From Felis catus (lineage: Eukaryota): a stretch of 64,000 bases of DNA. Shown here piece after piece: positions 53,460 through 64,000 of the stretch; the first letter of the stretch is position 1; each line of letters opens with the position of its first letter. A program made the translations under genes and the position numbers. The notes beneath the pieces are model-generated. The model made no database searches. It saw only the letters and a program-made list of their open reading frames with translations, and was not told the DNA's origin. The stretch spans positions 23,004,001-23,068,000 of the forward strand of contig NC_058368.1 of assembly GCF_018350175.1 (NCBI RefSeq), given 5' to 3'.

Positions 53460-54550
53460 TTTTAGGCACATTATTTACACTGGGAGGAAGTGCCAAACTC
53501 TGTGGTTGTTTTCGTTGTTTTGCATGTCGCCGCCGGCCTCCAGGTGGAACGAACCCAGTCACGACCCAACGCACCTTCCCCCGACTGCACAACGACCGTG
53601 AACTCGGCACAATTCTTCGATCCCTCTCTCCAGGCCTCGCAAGCCCCCGATCCCGTGTTAAGCACCGATTCCTGCACACGCACTTTCTTACAAAGGAGAA
53701 GCTGCGGCCGGACACGCAAGGGGGAGCAGCCTCAGAAGAAGGAGAGCCCGGAGACCCTCCCGAGGACCCTCGCCCGCACCCCCGCGCCACCGCGAAGCGC
53801 AGAGCCGCCCCGGGCCCCGCGTAGCCCTGCGGGCCGGGCCGAGCTCCCAGTCCCTCGACCTCCCCGGCCCTCGGACCTTGCAGTCCACCGCGACGGCATC
53901 GGGGGGGATGATGAGTGCCTCCTCGCCGCACTTGGGATCGTCCTTCTTGGCCTCCTTCTGGGCCAGAGCCGAGTTGAACGTCACCTTCACCATGGCGCGG
54001 CCTGGGGCGCCCTCGGAGGGCGGCGGCGAGCTCGAGGCGAGGGCTGAGGGCTCCTGGCTTCGGCTGCAGCCTCCTCGGCCGGGAGCGGCTCAGCGACGAC
54101 GGAGGTGAAGCGAGCGGCTCCGCGGCTGCTGAGGCGGCTACTGCTGCAGCGCTCCCGCAGCCTCACAGCTCCCGGGCGAGGGCGGAGACGGCTCGCACCC
54201 CCGGGGGCGGGGTTGGAGCGGGGAGGACGGAGGGGCGGGACCGCAGGCGGGAGGGGCGGGGCCGGGCGCCGCGCCAGACTCTGCCCCCGCCCTAGGTCCC
54301 ACGCAGGATCTTGCCGGTTGGCGGGGAGCGGGGACGGGCGCTCGTTGGGTGCGGGCCTGGATTTTCCGGTTCTGAGTTCTTTTACACCCAGTTTACCTCC
54401 GGGCTCAATGTTGCAGGTTTGTAACGAAGTCAGGTGAACTTTGCTGGGTTCGCCGCGCACAGTGGCTTCACCTCGGGCAGTAGCAGGCAGGCCCTTTCCT
54501 GCTCGCTGCCCCCACCGCACGTCCAAAGACTGGAAGTTTTGGGCGTCCAC
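53460..54550. promoter_or_regulatory. CpG island / TATA-less ITM2B promoter with GC boxes
   Basis: Sharp rise in GC and CpG content against an AT-rich background; spans exon 1; several GGGCGG Sp/KLF boxes at about 54180-54292, upstream of the ATG on the minus strand. Confidence 0.92.
53877..53993 (-). CDS. ITM2B: ITM2B coding exon 1 (aa 1-39, cytoplasmic N-terminus)
   Basis: Translates MVKVTFNSALAQKEAKKDDPKCGEEALIIPPDAVAVDCK; strong Kozak context GCCATGG; followed by GT donor (AAG|GTCCGA); 117 nt, phase 0; lies inside the CpG island. Confidence 0.98.
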
Positions 54551-56249
54551 ACCTCCGTTTCCTCTCTATATTATGGAACTGGCCCAGTGGAGGGCAGAAA
54601 TGTTTAATACGCTCTATCCTTGTGATCTGACTACTTTTATCTTCCTGAGACCTCACCCAAGGGCGTTACCGGACTCAGACTTGCCATGTCTTCACCCCCT
54701 CCCTTGGAAGGTCAATACCTACCCTGCCTAATCCCAGAGCACTTCGGAGGAAGACTCTTGGCAGATTTGTATTTCGTACTTCTCACATTCCTAAAACAAA
54801 ATGTTCCACTCTGGTGCAGATTTGAACAAAACCCACGTGCACACCGGATAATTTGTGATTCAAAGGCAAGGTACTCAATGATGAGTCTTTAGTAATTTTC
54901 TGCAAAATTAAAAAAAATAATAATAAGGATAAGGCAAAATTATATTTTGAAAAGATTCTTCTTATAACTAATGTGAGAGAGGATACTGGCCTGCACTGTT
55001 AACCGGGTTAATGATTGTGTAGCTCTTTGAACAAATGGTTGATCTTGTACTCTTCCACCCCCACTCTGTCCTGGTTCCACCAAAAAGGTGGATACAGTGT
55101 AGAATGTTTCAGCTGTGTCAACTCTGACCTCGGTCAACTGTGAAGGAAGTAGGCTGAGGCTGAGGTCCTTGGGAATGTGGCTCTGCTCCAGAATGAGGTT
55201 AGGTCCCAGACTCGGTAGAATCAGACCCCAAAATCCCTGTGAAACAACCCAAGGTTGTCAAATCTTTCAGACCATGTTTCCAAAGGTCATACTGGACTCA
55301 GAAACCCAATCCAGACCCTAAGTCTGCTTAGGCATTCTGAAATTCCACTGAAAATTGAGAGTTCAGTTGAGAATGGCCAAGAGTTGAATTCCAGTTCTGG
55401 TGAGTTCTGATCCCAGCTAGCCATATGTCTTGCAGCACCTTACCGATACTCCCTGACCCTCACTTGATGAGGGATCAACCCTGTGAGGTTTACTTTGTGA
55501 ACTACTGGCATAGTTTCATAGATTTCCTGAGACACTACCATTGAAAACTAAGGAATTCCAGAACAAGATCTGGAGGATTATAAATGATTACACATATATC
55601 CTTCCTGCTTCTCTTTTTGTTATGATGGGATGATGGAAAAATATTGAAGGCATTTGCATTACATAGAATTAGGGAAGAAAAGAAAAAATTCTGGACACTA
55701 TTAAATTAGGAAACTGAGGCAAAGGAAGAATGAAGGCATTTGACAGAATCGGAAATTAACAACCCCCCCCCCCATTTCTATTCTACAAGACTTAGGAATA
55801 AAAGACTATTTATTATTTTGCATACCAGCACCCAGCAACAGTTTAAAATCAGTTGGCAGATAGTCTGGGAATAGTCTCCCGGTTTTGTTTCCCCATTTTA
55901 TCTGATGTGTCTACAAAACAGTGTAGTGCACAACAGCACAGATAATAAAGAAGCTGGATCAAGACCAAACATAGCAAATGCAGTCCCATGATTTAATAAA
56001 AGGTTGCCTGTTGACCCTGGAATCTAAGGAGTGGGGGAGGAGAATAGTTGATGACTCAACAAAAGAAAGCTAAAAACATAATGGTAAGTAACCATTAACT
56101 ACTGCAAGTAAAGGGGTCCTAGAAGACCTTTGTTTTCCTTTTTCACATTAATTTTGAGAGAGTAAGGAAACTCTATTTTAAAAGTGATCCTTGCTTTAAA
56201 TTTCTTCTTGATGTTGGTGTTTGTTTTTCTGTTTAACCAGGGAGGAAGA

Positions 56250-57120
56250 CAGGATGCCTGGCAGTCTCAGTCCATAGGGTATGAGACTCTTGATCTCAGG
56301 GTTGTGAGTTCAAGCCCCACATTGGGAGTAAAGATTATTTAAAATAAAACCTTAAAAAAAAAAAAAAAGACCATCAGGGAAAACAAAACATAGAGAACTT
56401 AATTCAAGAATCTTAGATCAGGGCTACCTGCGTGGCTCAGTTGGTTAAGTATCAGACTCTTGATCTTGGGCTCAGGTCATGACCTCACTGCTTCCTGGGA
56501 TCCAGCTCCTCCTTTGGCTCTGACAGCAAGGAGTCTGCTTGGGATTCTCTCTCCCTCTCTGTCCCTTCCCTGCTCACGCACTCTCTCTGTCTCTCCCTCT
56601 GTCTAAAAAAATAAACATTTTTTTTAAAAAAATATTTAAGAATCTTAGATCATTTAGATTTATAAATCTAAATGCTTGGATAAGGATTTTTGTTTTTTAG
56701 GTTTTTTACATCTCCATGCTTTCAATTCATTCTCTTTCAGATTTAGCAAGAGGATTGGAAATTTTTGCAAATTTGGGGCCCCTAGTGAAACAACATTACT
56801 CAGTATGCCCTTTGAAATGTGCTTTTGATATCTTCTCTCTTAACCCAATGTGTGGCTTGGCTGGGCATCTTTTGTGGCTTTGTCTCAACTTTTATTTAAG
56901 AAATATTTCTTCCAGGGGTGCCTAGGTAGCTCAGTTGGTTGAACTTCCAACTCTTATTTTCTGCTCAGGTCATGATCCCAGTGTTGTGGGATCTGGCTCT
57001 ATGCAGAGTGTGGAGTCTGCTTAAGATGCTCTTTCTTTCTCTCTCTGCTCCCTTCCCCCACTTAAGGGTGCTCTCTCTCTCTCTCTCTCTCTCAAATAAA
57101 AAAATTAAAAAAAAAAATGT
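56250..57120 (+). mobile_element. Cluster of three CanSINEs (about 56250-56370, 56420-56635, 56914-57120)
   Basis: Three SINE heads with A tails; TSD ttaagaatcttagatca around the middle copy (first copy reads tcaag). Confidence 0.88.
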
Positions 57121-57593
57121 ATTTCTTCCAGGCAATGGTAAGGCTTCAACCTACCTCTCTTCAGATTTAAGCAAGCACTGCTCTTCTCTCCATAACTTTA
57201 AATATCTTTTATTGTTTCTAAATGTCTTACCTCCCAAGTTTATATTTCTTATCACCTCCCTACCTCAATACCCTATATGTTTTTCAGTTATTTTATTTTA
57301 TATCATGTCATTATTTTCTTTGATGAACTGAATTAGGTTTTCAGGGCTTTGTTTTTTTTTCCTCTCAGAATCTCAGGCTGTAATATGCCTTTGGGAATTG
57401 TCCTAACAATAAATGAAGCTCTCTTGGCATTTGGGATTGTGTTGTGTTGATGGTGGAATGACTGGATATGTCCCCACACTGGATGCTCCAGTCCTCCAGT
57501 TACCATCTATTAGCTTCCCCCTTCAAAGCATGGCTTTCCAAGTACCTCCACATTTGGAGTATGTCCCTTCACCTTTAAAAGAGAGAGAGAGAT

Positions 57594-57810
57594 GGGGCGC
57601 CTGGGTGGCGCAGTCGGTTAAGCGTCCCACTTCAGCCAGGTCACGATCTCGCGGTCCGTGAGTTCGAGCCCCGCGTCGGGCTCTGGGCTGATGGCTCAGA
57701 GCCTGGAGCCTGTTTCCGATTCTGTGTCTCCCTCTCTCTCTGCCCCTCGCCCGTTCATGCTCTGTCTCTCTCTGTCCCAAAAATAAATAAACATTGAAAA
57801 AAAAAATTTT
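57594..57810 (+). mobile_element. Young felid CanSINE followed by a (GA)-rich tract
   Basis: CpG-rich variant; approximate TSD tttaaa(a)gagagagagaga. Confidence 0.95.
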
Positions 57811-58446
57811 AAAGAGAGAGAGAGAGAAAAAGAGAGAAAAGATGAGAAAAACAAATTAAAAAAGAGAGAGAGACAGAGATAGAGATAGAGTGAGAAATAG
57901 AAGAGAGGCACAGAGATGGGTCCAATGGTCAGAATCCACTCAAACAACATGAGCCCTAGTCTTGCTTAAATTTCACCATGCCTCATATTTTACCAGTAAT
58001 ACTCGAATAAGTCAACTGTTCAAAGTATGACATTGAGGTCCAGAACGACCTGGAATGGCCTGGTGAAGTTTCATAGAGGGGACAGGATTTTAGTTAGAGG
58101 AATGGAAAAGATTTGGATGCAGAGAAAGGAGGAGGAAGAACAGCCTGAGTGAAGGAAATGGCATGAGCAAGGACACCAAAACCACTGCGAGAGAGGGCTG
58201 AGTGAGAGGCCTCCAGCAGGTACATGCAGAGTAATGTGGGGCATAACAGCAGGATAGGCAGGATGGAGCTATAAATCTCCATGTCGTGTTAAAATGAGTA
58301 GTGTGGAATTTTTTTTCTGAGAAAATTGCTGAGAGTTTTTACAAATAGCCTGTTCAAAACAAAACAAAACAAAAAGATTGCTCTGTGAAGATTGGTTGGC
58401 ATTCTGGGTGAATAAGAAAGAAGGAAGTTTCCAGGCCATTGAAAGC

Positions 58447-58515
58447 TTCCTTTCTTCCTTCCTTCCTTCTTCCTTCCTTCCTTCCTTCCTTCCTTCCTTC
58501 CTTCCTTCCTTCCTT
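58447..58515. repeat. (TTCC)n microsatellite
   Basis: ttccttcc run. Confidence 0.93.
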
Positions 58516-58565
58516 TATTTGATGAGGATAAATTAGATAAGTTTCTAATACTCTTTTCTTTTTAA

Positions 58566-59150
58566 TTTTTTAATTGTATTTAAATCCAAGTTAGTTAACA
58601 TATAGTGTAATAATGATTTCAGGAATAGAATTTAGTGATTCATCACTGCCATGTATCACCCAGTGCTCATCCCAACAAGTGCCCTCCTTAATCCCTATCA
58701 CCCGTTTAGCCCATCCCCCCACCCAACAGCCCTCCAGCAACCCTCAGAATGTTCTCTGTATTTAACAGTCTTTTATGGTTTGCCTCCCTGTCTGGTTTAA
58801 TCTTATTTTTCCTTCCTTTCCCCTATGTTCATCTGTTTTGTTTCTTAAATTCCACATATGAGTGAAATCATATGATTTTTATCTTTCTCTGACTTATTTT
58901 GTTTAGCATAATACACTCTAGTTCCATCCACGTTGTTGCAAATGGCAAAATTTCATTCTTTTTGATCTCCAAATAATATTCCATTGTATATAGATACCAC
59001 ATCAGTTATTGTACATTTGGGCTCTTTCCATAACTTGGCTATTGTTGATAATGCCGCTATGTTTAATTGGGGTGCATGTGCTCCTTTGAATCAGCATTTT
59101 TGTATCCTTTGGATAACTACCTAGTAATGCAATTGCTGGGTCATAGGGCT
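58566..59150 (-). mobile_element. Carnivore L1 3' end (5'-truncated)
   Basis: Reverse complement of the same 3' UTR type as 11859-12392 (aaatccaagttagttaacatatagtgtaata...tttcaggaatagaatttagtgattcatc). Confidence 0.9.
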
Positions 59151-59842
59151 ATTTTATTTATGTTCAAAGAAGGGATACTGTAAACACCAATATTATTGAT
59201 AATTTATAATAGAGAGCATGTGTGTGTTTAAGTCAAGTCAAGTAAAAGACATATGCACAAAGCCTGGCCAAATATCATAAAAAGCCTACCCTACTCCGGT
59301 TAAATCTTACCAAGTGTCATACTGGGCTTCATCCAAGAAGGCAAGGAGAGTGTTGCTACTATCATAATCATTATTTTGGCAACATGAATTGTGGGAGGAG
59401 GCACTGATATTTCTCTGTCATGACTACATATATGATTCATAGCCCCCTGCTATGCACACAATGTGTGTATGTATATAATTTAAATTTTGAGGCCCTCTGT
59501 CACCAAGCCAGACTTATATCCCCAGCACTCTGTCACTCTATTCTGGCTGGCTTTCGGTACAGGAATTTGCCTTCCTTCTATCTTTATCAAAATTATTATT
59601 TTAATTAATACAGAGAAAGCAATAGTTTGCCATTTTTAATGCCATTTTATTATAACAGAAAAGGAATCTGAAGTTAGTACTACGAAATTTCTTTCAGTGG
59701 GTTTCTTAGATGCTTGACTAAATTTTCAGACCATTAATTCCATCTTTTTTGTGCACTTTCCTAAACTGAGATAAACCTGGTACATATAATAGGACACACG
59801 TAAAAAGCACCTGAAGGCAGATTCCATTTAACACTGATTTTT

Positions 59843-60005
59843 AGGGGTGCCTAGATGGCCTCATCAGTTGAGTGTCCAACTTGATTTTGGCTTAGGTCAC
59901 GATCCCAGGGTCATGGGATCAAGCCCTGCAGCGAGCTGACCATGGAGCCTGCTTAATATTACCTCTCTTCCCCACTCAAGTTCTCTGTCTCTCTAAAAAC
60001 AAAAA
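59843..60005 (+). mobile_element. CanSINE
   Basis: ggggtgcctagatggcctc head; TSD aacactgattttt. Confidence 0.85.
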
Positions 60006-60502
60006 CAAAAAACACTGATTTTTTAAAAAATGTATTAATCACCCTAGGATCTAATTAAAAGGCCTCCTGCAATCCCTAAAAAGTTTTTCTTCTTTGTTTT
60101 TTAACCTTTTCCCCCACAGTGGAGACAAAAACAATGCTAACTTTATGTGAATTCTGGTAAATTATTTAACATTGTGACACTCTCATGAAATATAGAAAAT
60201 AATATTACTTAATCCTAACTCTGAAAATAGTTTAAAGTGTAGCTGCACTCATTGGTGGAACATATGATAACATACATTATCTCCCAGAGATATTTTGTAA
60301 ACTTAACTGCTAAATAATTTTAAAAACTCTTTTGTCTAGAACCTGTATGAGAATAGGTGAGATAGTCTAATCAGGGTTTGATATTCCACATCTCTAAATA
60401 TGTTTGTATATTATATCTTATATTTCATACCTACTCATTAATTACATCTAAGATATATGTGCAATTTTTAAAAAAATATATGTGCAATTTAAATTTAAAT
60501 CA

Positions 60503-60720
60503 GGGGGTCCATGGGTGGCTCAGTCATTGAGCATCTGACTTCGGCTCAGGTCATGATCTCGCAGTTCGTGAGTTTGAGCCCCACATTGGGCTCTGGGCTG
60601 ACAATACAGAGCCTGCAGCCTGCTTCGGATTCTGTGTTTCCCTCTCTCTCTGCACCCCACCCACACCCACACCTGCGCTCTCTCTCTCAAAAAAAATTAA
60701 TAAACATTAAAAAATTGTTT
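60503..60720 (+). mobile_element. CanSINE
   Basis: Canonical body and tail. Confidence 0.9.
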
Positions 60721-62333
60721 TGATTAAGTCAAAATAGGAAAAGTGCACTGGGCAGGAAATCACAAAACAAACATGGCTGGCTTGGGACACTCAAATTTCT
60801 GAAAACCATAAATGTGAAGTTTCATGTTTTCAGACTGAACAGCTAAAGGACTTTGCCTTGTGTTCAAACAGTGTTCTAGCTAATAGAGTCAAAGTCCTGG
60901 AAAAAAGACTTCAAGAAGTTCTGATAGTTCTTTTTCTGCCTAGTCCAGGAACAGATTGCAATTCAAGCTAATGGGAAGGTCACACTTATTTAGACAGACT
61001 TATTTTTAAAAGCCACCACAAAATTACTTTCTTATGATCATCAAGCAAAATATTCAAAAATCAAAGAAACACTTGAATGATTTTGGTCTCCTGCAGAACT
61101 GTGGTCAGTGGAACTGTGGTCAAAGATCACTAAAGTGACCTTTCCACCTCGGAACCCCAAGATACATTGCATCTGCCAATAGTTACTAAACAACGACAAC
61201 AACAAAATCATTCATAAAGCAGCATAATTAGCAGCACAAAAACAGGAAGAGCTTTTTGCCACACTTAGTCTTCATGACTCTTAGGTAGGTTCCAGTCTAG
61301 ATGGCTTTCAGCCATAGATATTGATGAGAAGTCTATTTCCTATTTACTCAGATGCCATGTTCTAGAGCAACATGACAGTCTATGCCTGCCTAAACCTGTC
61401 CCCTGCATTCCTTGCTCTTAATGGACACAAAGACCTAGGAAAGATCTCACGATGAGTTATTGACAAGGAAACCCTTAGAACCAACTGACATTGTTGACCT
61501 ATGTTACCTAGATCAGTCTCCATGCTACTGCACTCCTAGGTAGGGCATATACTTGAGGAACTGTGTTTCTTAAATTTGGTGATAATTGCAAGATCCTTGG
61601 GCTGGTGAAATAAGCTAGTTTCTTCTTCTGCCCCCATACTTTCTATTTAAAAAAAATTTTTAAGATTGTTTTGATGATGAAAACTGTTGCAAATACTTAT
61701 CTCTTTAGTAAGGTGATAATGGTAAAGGAAATTGAGAGCTTATAATGAAAGGAGCTACAGGTGACATAAATTGTAAGAAATACATTGTGCTGTGTGACCC
61801 ACACCAGGGACAAAAAAAAGAGGTCTTAAAGAAATGTGCTTAAGAGCCTGCCTGTTACAGACTACTCCCTGCAAAGCACTCAGATACAAAAAGAGTTATT
61901 GATTCCCCAGTCCACACTGGACACATCTGCCTGGGTCCCGGACCACTTTAACTAACCTGAAAAAGAATATGGGAAATGCAAATAGGCCCACCAGAGCTGG
62001 AGAAACCTACTTGGATTTTTACTTTCAATCTGGTATAATCCACTTTCTTCTGTTATGCTTTGAATCATTGCATAACAGAGAGGACTTAAACCCAAGAGAA
62101 AAATTGTTTGTACTTTGAGGCAGACAGCATCTAAAGAGGCGGTTTCTGTGTTATCTTTCATCTCCTTCTCCTTCGGCTTATTTTAAGCAAAGAGAGACAA
62201 AGGTTTGATTTATTAAAACTCGGAAGAACCTAGACCCAAATATTTATGTAAAAACCTCTTTTTTATTTTCGTAATTTCCCTTAAAGGATGTTTCAGACAG
62301 ATAAAATAAGAGCTGATTCAGGATATAAAAAAA

Positions 62334-62553
62334 TTTTTTTTTAAGTTTACTTACTTTTGAGAGAGAGAGGGAGAGAGAGACAGAGCATGCATGGGGGAGG
62401 GGCAGAGAGAGAGGGAGACACAGAATCTGAAACAGGCTCCAGGCTCCGAGCTGTCAGCACAGAGCCCGATGTGGGGCTTGAACTCACAGACTGCAAGATC
62501 ATGACCTGAGCCAAAATCGGACACATAACCGACTCAGTCACCCAGGCGCCCCC
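62334..62553 (-). mobile_element. CanSINE
   Basis: Reverse SINE; TSD caggatata. Confidence 0.93.
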
Positions 62554-63103
62554 AGGATATACAAATTTGAAGGCCAGGGGAAATTCAGCCATGTGAGGTA
62601 TACTCAACGCAGAAGTTTCTCCTTAGGATATGTTTGGGGCTGATTGATCACACTGCATAAAAGGCCTATAAAATCCACTGTGAGAAAATACCTGACCTAA
62701 GCCAGAAATAGCACGTTTAACTACCATTTGTGTTAAGAGACCACACAGAGAGAAAAAATATAATAAAAGGAAATCTGATAAGATGCTAAAAGACGTACCA
62801 AGGAAGTGGTCTGCCTTTGGTTTCCTCAGTGAAAACTGCTAAGAAATAAAAAGAGAGGATCTCTTCTCCTTTCTAAGTACTCACTCAGGGCCAGTTTTTT
62901 AGGCATAGAAGAACTGAAGGAACAGACGCAGTAAGACATTCCCTGAAAGAACAAAACAGTGTAGAAGGGCAAATAAACCTCCAATCAATAGAAAAGAAAC
63001 AAAAATTTCTAGTCATTCTAGAAATGCCCATACACTTAGGAACTTTCCTAAGGTAGTATAGTCTCAGTTAAAGCTCCTTAAGTCACCAAAAGGAGGGCCG
63101 ATA

Positions 63104-63210
63104 GGGGCACCTGACTGGCTCACTCAGTAGGGCATGGGACTCTTGATCCCAGGGTCTTGTGCTCAAGCCCCATGATGGGCATGGAGCCTAGTTAAAAAAA
63201 AAAAAAAAAG
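63104..63210 (+). mobile_element. Short CanSINE (no CT tract)
   Basis: ggggcacctgactggctcactcagtag...caagcccc, poly(A); approximate TSD aaaaggaggg. Confidence 0.8.
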
Positions 63211-64000
63211 ATAAAAGGAGGGGTGCTACCTCAATGTGGCTATGCACTGCTCAGATGGGGACCATTTGGTCGTGACTCTTAATGCCTCATCTTTCAGTGT
63301 TACGGGTCAAACTACCCATGGAGCATGCTTCTCCAGATACACCATACCCAGTTTTGCCTTTCTTTGCATTAGTGAACTTCTAAGCTTTGAAACTCATTTC
63401 TTTCTGTAAGTGAATTTATTACATTCTGCAAAGAGAAAGACGATACTTTGGAGGCATAATAAAACTTTGTGTTATAGACATCACCAACCAATAACATGGC
63501 CATCATTCTGAGACACCAGAGTTAATTTTATGAAGGGTTAGAGTGCATGTAACAGAAACAAACATATGTGTACTGCAGATAAGGAGCCTTAATGCCATGT
63601 AATCAGAGCAATTCAATTCAGTTTTTTTGAAAAACGCTTGCCACGGTTCCTATATACTTTATAAAAGTCACATCCAAAATAATGGGGGTGAGAAAGGCCC
63701 CTAGTCAATAGCAAATAGGTGGATGATTGTAGAAAACCATGCAAAGATGTGGAAATAAAGGAAGAGAGAATTGAGCAAAGAGGGTGTAAGAAATGAGAAG
63801 TGGAAGAAAGGATACATGTCATTAAGAACAAGTAGTTCTGTGAGGCAAGAATTTGAACTACTAAATCCTGTTGTCTGATGGAATGCACCCAAAAAGAAGG
63901 CAAACAGCTAAGTTGGTCGAAGATAGATTTCCAAGAAGTTTTTCTTACAGAGTTCCCAAGAAAAGTCAATATTTCAGTAGCACTGGGATCCACGACCCAT

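Noticed and set aside
53297..54731. Many long overlapping ORFs on both strands (up to 187 aa)
   Set aside because: Stop-codon depletion in a GC-rich CpG island; only 53877-53993 is coding.
63613..63993. 126-aa minus-strand ORF at the window end
   Set aside because: Non-ATG start, no recognisable domain or splice support, and it reaches the window edge.

Overview
Mammalian (carnivore, almost certainly felid) genomic DNA: AT-rich, with more than 25 felid-type tRNA-derived CanSINEs, L1/L2/MIR fragments, hAT DNA-transposon fossils and one CpG island. The only intact protein-coding gene is ITM2B (BRI2) on the minus strand: six coding exons (53993-53877, 31909-31781, 30271-30065, 28589-28479, 28051-27901, 26794-26709), all GT-AG, giving 801 nt = 266 aa + stop, with a CpG-island promoter at about 53.5-54.55 kb. 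The most interesting unexplained signal is at about 1520-2645 on the plus strand. It is a frameshifted, stop-riddled fossil whose reading frames, stitched by hand, reproduce the motif order of ZCCHC3 / Tx1-clade retrotransposon ORF1p, including three tandem degenerate CCHC zinc knuckles with ZCCHC3-like spacing. A possible APE-endonuclease start motif follows it. Repeat boundaries and subfamily names are by-eye estimates, and comparisons with human proteins rely on recalled sequences, not alignments that were run.
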